Assembly (NCBI GenBank): GCA_963843845.1
Contig: CAWJMB010000002.1
Location: forward strand, 1,376,001 to 1,440,000
DNA from: an uncultured Gemmatimonadaceae bacterium
GTDB lineage: Bacteria; Gemmatimonadota; Gemmatimonadetes; Gemmatimonadales; Gemmatimonadaceae
Direction of reading: 5' to 3'
DNA length: 64,000 nt
Translations under genes and position numbers: made by a program
The notes under the pieces: model-generated
Database searches by the model: none
What the model was told of the DNA's origin: nothing
The model's input: only the letters and a program-made list of their open reading frames with translations
In this document: piece by piece, positions 31,876-41,554 of the stretch
Layout: the number at the start of each line of letters is the position of its first letter
How positions within the stretch are numbered: the first letter of the stretch is position 1

Positions 31876-34662
31876 TCACTTCTCGGGACGCAGGTAGAAG
31901 CGCGCGACGTTCGCCGGGTCGAGGTACTTCCGCGCCGCGTCGCGAATCATCTCCGGCGTGAGCGACGCGATCATCCGGTCGTAGTCGGCGAGGAGCCCGC
32001 CTAACGACTCGCCCGACTGGTCGCGGCCTGCGATGTTCTGCAGCCAGTAAGCATTCTGCTTGAGGCTGACCTCGCGTTCACGCCGCTGCTCCTCCTTCAC
32101 CTTCGCGACGTCCGACGCGCTCGGCCCGATGGTGCGCAGCGAGTCGACGTTCGCCGCGACGGCGCGCGCGAGCTGCTCGACGCGGTCGGGCGCCGAGCCG
32201 TACGCGATCGTCACGGTGTAGCGCGGCACCGGGATGCGCTGGGCGCCGCCGCTCACGCTGACGCTGTAGGTGCCACCGAGCTGCTCCCGCAGCTGGTCGC
32301 GCAGTCGCAGCTCGAGCACCGCGGCGAGCGCCCGCAGCTCGTAGCGCGCCTGCGGGGAGTAGGGGGCGGTGCCCGTGTAGTAGATCCGCGTCTCGCTCTG
32401 CGGCTCGACGCCTCTGCGCACCGTGCGCTCGACGACGCCGGTCGGCGGCGCGATCCCGTCGTCCTTCCACGTCTCCGTCCGCCCCGTCGCCGGCAGCGCG
32501 CCGAGATAGCGCTCGACGAGGGGGCGGAGCGAGTCGGGATCGAACGTCCCGACGAACACGAACGTGAAGTCGCTGAAGTCCGCGAAGCGGTCGCGGTAGA
32601 AGTCGAGCGCGCGCCGCTGATCGACCTCGGCGAACGTCGCCGCCGTGACGGGGCGGCCGCGCAGTGCGTGCTGCGTGAGCGTGACCTGGATCGTGTCCTG
32701 ATAGACCGAGCCCGGATCGGCGCCGCGGTTCGCCAGGACCGACGTGATCTGGTTGCGGAAGGCGGCGTACGCGCCCGAGTCGGCGCGCGGGCGCGTGCCG
32801 AAGAGGTAGACGAGCTGCATGAGCGTCTCCGCGTCTTTCGGCGACGCGCGTCCGTTGAACCCCTCCTCGGTCGACGAGATGTAGGGCGCGACGCTCGCCG
32901 CCTTCCCGGCGAGCTTCTTCTGCAGGTCGATGGCGCTGAAGTCGCCGACGCCGCCCAGCGAGGCGATGCTCGACGCGAGCGCGGCGCTCATGTAGTCCCT
33001 CTCCGCCGCGAGCGACGAGCCCCCGGGGCTGTACGCCGTCATCAGCAGCTCGTCGGCCTTGAAGTCGGTCGGCTTGAGCAGGACGCGTACGCCATTCGAC
33101 AGTCGCCACTCGGTGAGGCCGACGGCGGAGTCGCGCCGCTCGCTCACGACGCGGCCCGGCGTCGGCGGCGTCGTCACGAGCGCGTCGCTCGACAGCGTCT
33201 CGGTATAGGCGACGACCGGCGTCTTCGCGGCGCGGTCGAACGCGGCGAGCAGCGCCGCCTCGGTCGGCACCCCGGCCCCGGCCTTGTCGGGTGCGCTCGC
33301 CAGCACCACCCGGTTGCGGTCGGTCACGAGCCGCCTCGCGAGCGAGTCGACGTCGGCGAGCGTGATCCCCGGCAACAGTCGCTTCACGAGATCGAACTCG
33401 GCGGCGATCCCGGGGATCGGCTCGCCCTGAAGAAAGTGGTTGACGTACTCGCCGACGTACGACGCCGAGTTCGTCTTCTCGCGCTCGTCGTAGGCGCGCT
33501 CGTAGGCGCGCAGGAAGTCCTGCTTCTGGCGGTCCAGCTCGCCGGCCGTGAAGCCGAACTCGCGCGCCCGCCGCGCCTCGACGAGCAGCGCCTCGAGTCC
33601 GCGGATGATCCCGCCGTCGGCGACCGCGGCGCCCAGCTGGTAGCCTTCGAGCGAGCGGAGAAAGCGCCCGTTGCCAGAGCCGGCGCCGAGGAACGGTGCG
33701 TCGGGGCGCTGCGTGATCTCCTCGAACCGCGCGTTCAGCATGGCGTCGAGCAGTTGCGCCACGAGGTCGCGCCGGTACGCGGCGACGGTGCCGTCCGGCT
33801 CGACGGGGCGCTTGAACAGCACCGCGACGCTGGACGATGTCGCTTCCCGATCGGTCGCCGCGGCGACGAGCGGACGGTCGTTCGGCGGGATCGGATAGAC
33901 CGGACGCGGCCGCGGATTCGCCGCCTTCGGGATCGATGCGAAGTGCTTCGTGATCAGCGCTTCGATCGCCTTCGGGTCGAAGTCGCCGACCGCGACCACC
34001 GCCATCAGGTCGGGGCGATACCAGTCGCGGTAGAATCGCCTGAGCGCCGCGGGGCTCGCGCTCTGGATGCTCGCGAGCGTCCCGATCGGAATGCGCTCGG
34101 CGTAGCGCGAGCCCTTGAAGATCACGGGACGCTGCGCGCGCCCGATCCGCTCCCCGGCGCCCTGGCCGAGCCGCCACTCCTCGATGACGACGCCGCGCTC
34201 GCTGACGACCTGCGCCGAGTCGAAGGTGACGCCGCGCGCCCAGTCCTCGAGGATGTCGAACGCCTTCTCGACGATCGCCGCGCTGTCGGTGGGGACCGGC
34301 AGCATGTAGACCGTCTCGTCGAAGCTCGTCTAGGCGTTGAGGTCGGCGCCGAAGCGCACGCCGATGCTCTCCAGGTACGCGACGAGCTCGTTCTTCGCGA
34401 ACGTGCGCGTGCCGTTGAACGCCATGTGCTCGACGAAGTGCGCGAGCCCGCGCTGGTCGTCGTCTTCGAGCACCGACCCGGCGTTCACGACGAGCCGGAG
34501 CTCCGCGCGATGCTCGGGGCGGCCGTTCCTGCGGATGTAGTAGCGCAGGCCGTTCGGCAGCGTCCCGATCGTGACCTGCGGGTCGACGCCGAGGGGCTGC
34601 GCACCGAGAGCGGGCGCGGCGACGAGCGCGGCGGCGAGAGCGAGAACGAGGCGTCGAAGCAC
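31876..34662 (-). CDS. M16 (insulinase/PqqL-like) zinc protease with an in-frame TAG at 34330-34332
   Basis: Signal peptide, GLAHFVEHMAFNG (HXXEH), FGADLNA*TSFDETVY, ERGVVIEEWR, FYRDWYRP and four-domain M16 layout. Confidence 0.9.
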
Positions 34663-34681
34663 GATGAAGTCGACAGAACGG

Positions 34682-36820
34682 TTAGGCGGTGAACCGGCCG
34701 CGCAGGATCGCGCGGAGGTCGATCGTCGGCGTGGGGCCGGCGGGGACGGGCGGGAGCGCGAGAGCGGCGTCGGGCGCGAGCGCGACGCGCTGCATCGTCT
34801 CGCGCACGCCGCGGTCGAGGAAGCGCGACAGCTGGTCGAGCGAGTAGTCGGCCGTCATGCGCGAGGCGTACGCGTGCAGCGGGTAGGTGACGACGAGCTC
34901 GTCGCGCGCGCGCGTCAGCGCGACGTACATCAGACGGCGTTCTTCCTCCAGCTCGTCCGCGTCTTCGGTCGCGCGCGCGAGGGGGAAGAAGCCGTCGGCC
35001 GCCCAGAGCACGAACACCGCGTCCCACTCCTTCCCCTTCGCCGAGTGCACCGTGCTGAGCACGAGCACGTCGTCCTCCGCGGCGCCGCTGCCGCCCGCGA
35101 GGTCGCGCGTGGCGGCGGGCGGCTCGAGCGCGATCGCGGAGAGGAACGCCGCGCGGCTGGCGTGGCTCGCAGCGATCGTCTGGAGCTGCTCGAGGTCGGC
35201 GAGGCGCGCCTCGGGATTGTCGTAGCGGTCCCGAAGCAGCGAGTCGTACACACGACGAATCGCCCCGATCTCGGTCGCGAGATCGCTGTTCGGTACCGAC
35301 GACAGCGCGCCGAGCATCGCGGCGAGCCGCGCGTGAAGCTCGCGCGCCTTCGCGGGCGCGGCGAACAGGCCCAACGCGCCTGGCGCCCACCCGTGCGACG
35401 CGACGTGCTCGATCGCCGCGCGCGCGGTGACGTCGCCGACGCCGGGGAGGAGCAGGAGCACGCGGTACCAGCTCACCTCGTCGCGCGGGTTCTCGAGCAG
35501 GCGCAGGAACGCGAGCACGTCCTTCACGTGCGCCGCCTCGAGGAACTTGATGCCGCCCCACTTCTCGTACGGAATGCCGCGCGCCGTCAGCTCGATCTCG
35601 AGGTCGGCCGTCATGTAGCCGGCGCGCGCGAGCACCGCGATCTCGCTCAGCGGCGTCCCCGACTCGTGCAGCTCGAGCACACGGTCGGCCACGAAGCGCG
35701 TCTGCGCGTGCTCGTCCTGACACGACACGAGCCACGGCCGCTCGCCGCCGTCGCGTTCGGTCCAGAGGCGCTTCGAGAAGCGCTCCGGCGTCCGCGAGAT
35801 CACCTCGTTCGTCGTGTCGAGGATCGCCTGCGTCGAGCGGTAGTTCTGCTCGAGCGTCACGACCGTCGTGCCGGGGAAGTGGCGCGGAAAGTCGAGGATG
35901 TTGCGGAAGTGCGCGCCGCGGAACGAGTAGATGCTCTGCGCGTCGTCGCCGACCGCGCTGATGTTCGCGTGCGTGCGGCACATGCCGCGGAGGATGCGCG
36001 CCTGCAGCAGGTTCGTGTCCTGGTACTCGTCGACGAGGACGTGGTCGTAGAGCCCCGCGATCCGCGCCGCGAGGTCGGGCGCCTGCTCGAGCAGCGTCGC
36101 CCAGAACAGCAGCAGGTCGTCGTAGTCGACGAGGTTGCGCCGCGCCTTCCGCTCGGTGTAGTCGGCGAAGACGCGCCGGATGTCGGCCGCGCGCTCGACG
36201 AACTGCGGGTAGCAGTCGGCGAGCACGCCGTCGACGTCCGTCTCGGTGTTCACGTGGCGCGAGTAGACGGCGTGCAGCGTCTCCTTCTTCGGGAACCGCT
36301 TGGCGGGCGGTGCGCCCGCCTGCGATGCGCTCGTCTCGGATGCGCCCGCCTTCCGCCGCGCGTCCGCGAACCCCGACGCGGCGCGCGAGAGCTGCATCAG
36401 GTCCTCGGCGTCGCCCTGGTCCATGATCGTGAAGTCGGCGATGCCGGCCGCGCCGCCGAAGCGGCGGAGCAGTCGGTGGGCGGTGCCGTGGAACGTGCCG
36501 CCGGCCACGCGGTGGCTCGCCGAGCCGACGAGGCGCTCGGCGCGCTGCAGCATCTCCTGCGCGGCGCGGCGCGTGAACGTGAGCAGCAGGATCCGCTCGG
36601 GGGCGACGCCGCGTCCGATGAGGTGCGCGACGCGGTGCACGAGCGTGCGCGTCTTCCCCGTGCCGGCGCCGGCGATGACGAGCAGCGGGCCGTCGCCGTG
36701 CGTCACCGCCGCGCGCTGCTCCGCGTTCAGCGCGTCGAGGCCGAGGTCGTCGCGCGGGCGGACGTCGCGCGGGTGCGGCGCGTAGACGCGCGGCGCGTCG
36801 AGGTGGGAGTCGTCCGCCAT
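34682..36820 (-). CDS. UvrD/PcrA/Rep-family SF1 DNA helicase
   Basis: AGAGTGKT, LVDEYQD, VGDDAQSIYSFRGA, NYRS, STVHSAKGKEW, EERRLMYVALTRA. Confidence 0.93.
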   Translation of the reverse strand: MADDSHLDAPRVYAPHPRDVRPRDDLGLDALNAEQRAAVTHGDGPLLVIAGAGTGKTRTLVHRVAHLIGRGVAPERILLLTFTRRAAQEMLQRAERLVGSASHRVAGGTFHGTAHRLLRRFGGAAGIADFTIMDQGDAEDLMQLSRAASGFADARRKAGASETSASQAGAPPAKRFPKKETLHAVYSRHVNTETDVDGVLADCYPQFVERAADIRRVFADYTERKARRNLVDYDDLLLFWATLLEQAPDLAARIAGLYDHVLVDEYQDTNLLQARILRGMCRTHANISAVGDDAQSIYSFRGAHFRNILDFPRHFPGTTVVTLEQNYRSTQAILDTTNEVISRTPERFSKRLWTERDGGERPWLVSCQDEHAQTRFVADRVLELHESGTPLSEIAVLARAGYMTADLEIELTARGIPYEKWGGIKFLEAAHVKDVLAFLRLLENPRDEVSWYRVLLLLPGVGDVTARAAIEHVASHGWAPGALGLFAAPAKARELHARLAAMLGALSSVPNSDLATEIGAIRRVYDSLLRDRYDNPEARLADLEQLQTIAASHASRAAFLSAIALEPPAATRDLAGGSGAAEDDVLVLSTVHSAKGKEWDAVFVLWAADGFFPLARATEDADELEEERRLMYVALTRARDELVVTYPLHAYASRMTADYSLDQLSRFLDRGVRETMQRVALAPDAALALPPVPAGPTPTIDLRAILRGRFTA

Positions 36821-36826
36821 CTCACG

Positions 36827-36832
36827 AATATA
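36827..36832 (-). promoter_or_regulatory. -10 element 6 nt upstream of the helicase ATG (leaderless candidate)
   Basis: Minus strand TATATT-cgtgag-ATG. Confidence 0.55.
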
Positions 36833-36846
36833 GACCGAACCCACGC

Positions 36847-36884
36847 GGCGCGGCGCGGCCGGCGCGGCGCGGCCGGCGCGGCGC
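36847..36884. repeat. GC-only tandem repeat, about 2.7 x 14 bp (GGCGCGGCGCGGCC)
   Basis: Read directly in the intergenic region. Confidence 0.6.
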
Positions 36885-36905
36885 GCGCGACCGCCGACGA
36901 CGTCG

Positions 36906-37727
36906 CTAGCGCGGGTCCATCGAGGGCATCGCGTGCCCCGGGCCCGGCGTGCCGGTCGTCCGCAGCGTGCCCGCCAGCGCGGGGCGCAGCGCGACGGCGG
37001 CGGCGAGCGCGAGGAGCGAGATGCCGATGACCCGCGCGGTCCGCCAGCCGTGTGGGAGCACCTTCTCGGCGAACACGAGCAGCGTGATCGCCACGACCCA
37101 CGGCAGGCTCATGGCGCCGGCGGCGACGAGGATCGCCATCAGCCCCCAGCAGCAGCCGACGCAGTAGCCCGCGTGGCCGAGCGCCAGGCGCAGCGTCGCC
37201 GCGTACCCGCTGCGCCAGCGCCGCATGAGATACGCGAGCGGCGCCTCGCAGGCGCGGAGACACGCGCGCTTCGCGCCGGTGAGCTGGTACGCGCCGGCCG
37301 CGGCGAGCGTGCCGGCGACCGCGTACGGCACGAGCGCGTCGAACCGCGGCCAGCGCGCGGCGGCCCCGGCCACCGCGAGGTGCGCGCCGTAGACGGGCAC
37401 GCCCACGGCGAGCCACACCGCGAGGTAGACGCCCGCGAACAGCGCCGCCGGCAGCGCGCGATCGCCGTCCGCCGACAGGCGCCGGGCGACCGTCCGGTAG
37501 AGCAGGATCATGGGGGCGGCGCTCGGCAGCATCATCGCGGCCATCATCACGCCCCACTGCAGCGTGAAGACCGCCCCCTCCGCCAGCGACGGCGTCATCC
37601 CCGGCATGACCATCGACGACGCGTCGCGTACGACGAGCACCCACGCCGGCACCGCGATGGCGACGAGCCCCGCGCCGAGCGCGAGCGTCGTCGGTCCGTC
37701 GAGCGGCGCGGACCCGCCTCGGCTCAC
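36906..37727 (-). CDS. DUF2182 metal-binding integral membrane protein
   Basis: WGVMMAAMMLPS, YQLTGAKRACLRAC, YCVGCCWGLM, FAEK; GTG start overlaps the upstream TGA. Confidence 0.87.
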   Translation of the reverse strand: MSRGGSAPLDGPTTLALGAGLVAIAVPAWVLVVRDASSMVMPGMTPSLAEGAVFTLQWGVMMAAMMLPSAAPMILLYRTVARRLSADGDRALPAALFAGVYLAVWLAVGVPVYGAHLAVAGAAARWPRFDALVPYAVAGTLAAAGAYQLTGAKRACLRACEAPLAYLMRRWRSGYAATLRLALGHAGYCVGCCWGLMAILVAAGAMSLPWVVAITLLVFAEKVLPHGWRTARVIGISLLALAAAVALRPALAGTLRTTGTPGPGHAMPSMDPR

Positions 37728-38377
37728 GGCCCCTGGTACGCGAACGGCGCGGCGGCGGCGTACCGCCCCGAGTGGTCGAAGCTCACGGCGCCCGACACGC
37801 GGAACGTGGACGACGCGCCGAGGTCCCCCTCCTTGAACACGAAGCCCTCCGGGAGGACGGCGCGCGGATGCACCTCGGCGCCCGTCACCTTGTTCCGCAC
37901 CGGCTCCATGTCGAGCGTGATGAAGCCGCCGCCGCGCACGCGGCTGCTGAAGCCGTCGACGGATACCTCGAACGGCGCGTACTCCGGGCCGTGGACCTTG
38001 GCGATCGTCGTGCTGATGATCTTCCACGGGCCGCCCGCCCTGCCGGAGATCAGCGACAGCAGCGCCGCCCGCTGCCTGTCGTCGGCGCGCTCGTCGAGGA
38101 CGAGCAGGGCCTCACCATTCCCCTCGTGGATGGCTCCCGGCCAGTTGACGGCCACGCCGAACGTGAGCCCGGCGAGCGGCACGTCGCCGAAGCGCCCCGC
38201 CTCGATGTGCCAGTTCCAGTTTCCCTCGCACTTTCCGGTCGTCGGCAGGCCGTTGAAGTTGCACGGGCAGCCGTAATCGCAGTTGCACGCGAGGATCACG
38301 TGGCCCCGGATGTCCCACTCGGGCACCTCCGCGCCGTGCGTGGTGGGCGCGCTGCCGGCGGAAGCTGGTGCGGACAT
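37724..38377 (-). CDS. DUF1326 Cys-motif protein
   Basis: CNCDYGCPC, PTTGKCEG, WPGAIHEGNG, DERADDRQR; GAGGT RBS. Confidence 0.87.
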   Translation of the reverse strand: MSAPASAGSAPTTHGAEVPEWDIRGHVILACNCDYGCPCNFNGLPTTGKCEGNWNWHIEAGRFGDVPLAGLTFGVAVNWPGAIHEGNGEALLVLDERADDRQRAALLSLISGRAGGPWKIISTTIAKVHGPEYAPFEVSVDGFSSRVRGGGFITLDMEPVRNKVTGAEVHPRAVLPEGFVFKEGDLGASSTFRVSGAVSFDHSGRYAAAAPFAYQGP

Positions 38378-38537
38378 GGTTCGACCTCGGCGTCGAGAGT
38401 GAGTGGGGAGACGCGCCCACACGCGGCGCGCCGGCGACGGTCGCTGACGCGCGCGCAGCCGATGCTCGCACCGGATCGGGCGCCCCGTCAAGGCGCCCGC
38501 CGCGCGCCGGCCGGCGGGCAGGTCGAGCGCCGGGCCG

Positions 38538-39260
38538 TCAGACGAGGTGCGCCGCGAGCGCCTCCGCCGCCACCGGCTCGGGGCGCAGCCCGAACACCGC
38601 GGCGAGCGCCGCCGCCGCCGCCTCGCCCGCCTCGGCGAGCGTGACGTCGCGCCCGGTCTCGCGTGCGACCGACGTCATGTCGACGCCGGCGATGCCGCAC
38701 GGCACGATCAGGTCGAAGTACGACAGCGCGGTCGTCACGTTCAGCGCGAAGCCGTGCCACGTCACCCAGTCGCGCGCGTGCACGCCGATGCTCGCGATCT
38801 TGCGCCGCGGCACGAACGCCTCGCCCTCGCCGTCGCCGGTCCAGACGCCGGTGTACTTCGGGTAGCGCCCCGCCGCGAGCCCGAAGGTGCCTAACGCGTC
38901 GATCAGCCCCTGCTCGACCTGCCGCAGGTACCAGTGCAGATCCTTGCGGTGCCGCTTGAGGTCGACGATCGGGTAACCGACGAGCTGCCCCGGGCCGTGG
39001 AACGTCACGTCGCCGCCGCGCTCGACCTCGTGCACCTCGACGCCGCACGCGCGGATCGCCTCGACGGTGAGCGGCAGACTCGTCCCCTTCGTCGAGCGGC
39101 CGAGCGTGATGACCGGCGGGTGCTCGACGAGCAGCAGCACGTCCTCGTCGATCGCGCCGGAGATCCGCGCGCGCGCCACGCGCCGCTGCAGATCGAGCGC
39201 GTCGGCGTAGGGCAGGGTGCCGAGGTCGATCGTGAGGAGGCGCGGGTCGGATGAGGCCAT
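38538..39260 (-). CDS. lipB: Lipoyl(octanoyl) transferase
   Basis: LVEHPPVITLGR, ERGGDVTFHGPGQLVGYPI, KIASIG, HGFALNV, IVPCGI. Confidence 0.95.
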   Translation of the reverse strand: MASSDPRLLTIDLGTLPYADALDLQRRVARARISGAIDEDVLLLVEHPPVITLGRSTKGTSLPLTVEAIRACGVEVHEVERGGDVTFHGPGQLVGYPIVDLKRHRKDLHWYLRQVEQGLIDALGTFGLAAGRYPKYTGVWTGDGEGEAFVPRRKIASIGVHARDWVTWHGFALNVTTALSYFDLIVPCGIAGVDMTSVARETGRDVTLAEAGEAAAAALAAVFGLRPEPVAAEALAAHLV

Positions 39261-39321
39261 CGAATGAACGGCAGTGCGGAGAATGCGGACGCGCCGAACG
39301 CCGGCGCGACGAGCGTCGGGG

Positions 39322-40020
39322 CTACGGCGCCGTCGCTCGCGCGCGGCGGGCCAGGTAGTACGCCATCCCGACGAGCGCGCCGGCCGAGACGACGAAGAAG
39401 CCGTCGCCGATCGTCGCGCGCCACAGCGTCGCGATCGTGAGCGCGACCGAGCCCGCCGTCGCCGCGCAGACGACGACGAGCGCCAGGTGCGCGCCGACGA
39501 CCGCGAGCGCGACGCCATGCCAGCTCCGCACCGTCCGCGCCGCGGCGACCGCGTCAGGCGTCGTCGCGTCGGCGGACTTCCCGCGCCCCTCGAACGCGAG
39601 CAGCCCGATGACGGCGAGCGGCAGCGCGACGAGCAGCAGCGGCCCCGCGCTCGGCTGCCCCACGAGATACGCGGCCGCCGGGTCGGACGGGTCGACGTAG
39701 GCGATCGTCGAGTCGCCGACCGTGAAGCGGCTCGCGACGTCCTCGGCCCAGTCGCGGCCGCGCGACTCGCCCGAGCCGGCGAACACGCGGATCCCGTCGT
39801 ACGTCGCGCCGGCGACCTGATAGCGGAAGCCGACGCGCGGGTAGTAGGTCGCGCCGTCGCGGCCGCGCGACGTCCCCACGCCGCTCGAGACCACGACGGC
39901 GGGGGTGGCGCGCCCGCGCAGCAGGCGCCAGGCGTTCCACCCCCACAGCGCGACGCCGATCGCGACGAACAGCCCGAGCGGGATCGCGAACCCGCCGGTC
40001 TGCTTGCGGAGCGACGTCAC
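39322..40020 (-). CDS. DUF3592-like membrane protein
   Basis: TM segment, beta-rich region (VVVSS...YYPRVGFRYQVAG...AYVDPSDPAAAYL), then further TM segments. Confidence 0.7.
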   Translation of the reverse strand: MTSLRKQTGGFAIPLGLFVAIGVALWGWNAWRLLRGRATPAVVVSSGVGTSRGRDGATYYPRVGFRYQVAGATYDGIRVFAGSGESRGRDWAEDVASRFTVGDSTIAYVDPSDPAAAYLVGQPSAGPLLLVALPLAVIGLLAFEGRGKSADATTPDAVAAARTVRSWHGVALAVVGAHLALVVVCAATAGSVALTIATLWRATIGDGFFVVSAGALVGMAYYLARRARATAP

Positions 40021-40030
40021 GCGCCGAGCG

Positions 40031-41434
40031 TCACGCGTGGATCATCCGCCCCATCGAGTCGAGCGCCGCCTCGGCGATCGCCTCGGAGAGGGTGGGGTGC
40101 GCGTGCACCGCGAGATCGACTTCCTCGATCGTGAACTCGTTCTCGCGCGCCACGGCGAGCTCGTGGATCATCTCCGTCGCGTGCGCGCCGACGATGTGCG
40201 CGCCGAGGATCTCGCCGTACTTCGTGTCGCGGATGATCTTCACGAAGCCCTCAGTCTCGCCCGAGGTCCGCGCGCGGCCGTTCGCCGAGAAGGGGAACTT
40301 GCCCACCTTGTAGTCGAGCTTCTGCTCCTTGCACTGCTGCTCGGTGAGCCCGATGGACGCGACTTCCGGGTGGCAGTACGTGCAGCTCGGGATGTTCCGG
40401 TAGTTCACCGGGTGCGCGTGCTGCCCGGCAAGCAGCTCGGCGAGCACGTGCCCCTCGCGCGAGCCCTTGTGCGCGAGCATCTGGTTGCCGGTGACGTCGC
40501 CGATCGCGTAGACGCCCTTCACGCTCGTCTGGAACCGGTCGTCGATCCGGATGAACCCGCGCTCCGTGAGCTGCACCCCGAGCTCCTTGAGGCCGGCGCC
40601 CTCGACCACCGGCGCGCGCCCGGCGGCGACGAGCACCTTCTCGACCTGGAGCTCCTTCTTCGCGCCGCCCGCCTCGACGCTCATCGAGACGCCGTCCGCG
40701 CTCACCTTCACGTTCGAGATCTTCGCGCCGGTCAACACCTCCATCTTCCGCTTCCTGAACGACTTCGCGACCTCCGCCGAGCAGTCGGCGTCTTCGAGCG
40801 GGAGGATCGTCGGCAGTGCCTCGATGAGCGTGACCTCGCTGCCGAACGCGGCGAACACGTCGGCGAACTCGCACCCCACGGCGCCGGCGCCGACGATCGC
40901 GATCGACTTCGGCGCCTTCTCCAGCACGAGCGCCTCGTCGGACGACAGCACCGTCCGCTTGTCGAGCGCGAGCCCGACCTGCGGCAGCCCGCGCACCTTC
41001 GAGCCGGTGGCGACGACGATCGCTTTCCTGGCGTCGTGCTTCTCGCTCTTGCCGTCGGCCGTCCTGATCTCGATCGCGGTCGGGCTGGTGAGGCGCGCCT
41101 CGCCCTTGAGGTACGCGATCTTGTTCTTCTTCATGAGGAACTCGACGCCTTTCGAGTTCTGCGTGCTGACGCCGCGCGAGCGCTTCATCGCGACGCCGTA
41201 GTCGAGTGTGACGCCCTCGACCGCGACGCCGAACTCGGCGGCGTGGGTGACCTTCGTCGCGACCGCCGCGCTCTCGAGCAGCGCCTTCGCCGGGATGCAC
41301 CCCCAGATGACGCAGGTGCCGCCGAGCGCCTCGCGCTCGACGACCGCCGCCTGGAGGCCGAGCTGGGCGCAGCGGATCGCGCACACGTAGCCGGCGGGAC
41401 CGCCGCCGATGATGATGACGTCGTACGAAGCCAT
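40031..41434 (-). CDS. lpdA: Dihydrolipoyl dehydrogenase (E3)
   Basis: GGGPAG, GGTCVIWGCIP, GAGAVG, AIGD, HAHPTLSE. Confidence 0.96.
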   Translation of the reverse strand: MASYDVIIIGGGPAGYVCAIRCAQLGLQAAVVEREALGGTCVIWGCIPAKALLESAAVATKVTHAAEFGVAVEGVTLDYGVAMKRSRGVSTQNSKGVEFLMKKNKIAYLKGEARLTSPTAIEIRTADGKSEKHDARKAIVVATGSKVRGLPQVGLALDKRTVLSSDEALVLEKAPKSIAIVGAGAVGCEFADVFAAFGSEVTLIEALPTILPLEDADCSAEVAKSFRKRKMEVLTGAKISNVKVSADGVSMSVEAGGAKKELQVEKVLVAAGRAPVVEGAGLKELGVQLTERGFIRIDDRFQTSVKGVYAIGDVTGNQMLAHKGSREGHVLAELLAGQHAHPVNYRNIPSCTYCHPEVASIGLTEQQCKEQKLDYKVGKFPFSANGRARTSGETEGFVKIIRDTKYGEILGAHIVGAHATEMIHELAVARENEFTIEEVDLAVHAHPTLSEAIAEAALDSMGRMIHA

Positions 41435-41476
41435 GTCGGAGTCGAAGTGAAGGGAGGCCGGCTCCGAGAACGAGCG

Positions 41477-41499
41477 CGGCCCCGAAAGATACGGGGCCG
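41477..41499. promoter_or_regulatory. Hairpin/palindrome upstream of lpdA
   Basis: CGGCCCCG-AAAGATA-CGGGGCCG; the loop reads TATCTTT on the minus strand. Confidence 0.45.
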
Positions 41500-41554
41500 A
41501 GAGACGTGGCTACAGGCGGCGACCGTAGTGCGCGCGCGGTCGCCAGCGCGGTCG

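Noticed and set aside
24315..34332. Genome-wide TAG reassignment
   Set aside because: TAG ends several genes at the expected position (2962-2964 after the terminal Phe of SusC, 6051-6053, 7739-7741), and only two internal cases were seen.
36847..36884. GC tandem repeat as a mobile-element end or regulatory switch
   Set aside because: Low complexity in a very GC-rich genome, under three copies, and no partner repeat found.
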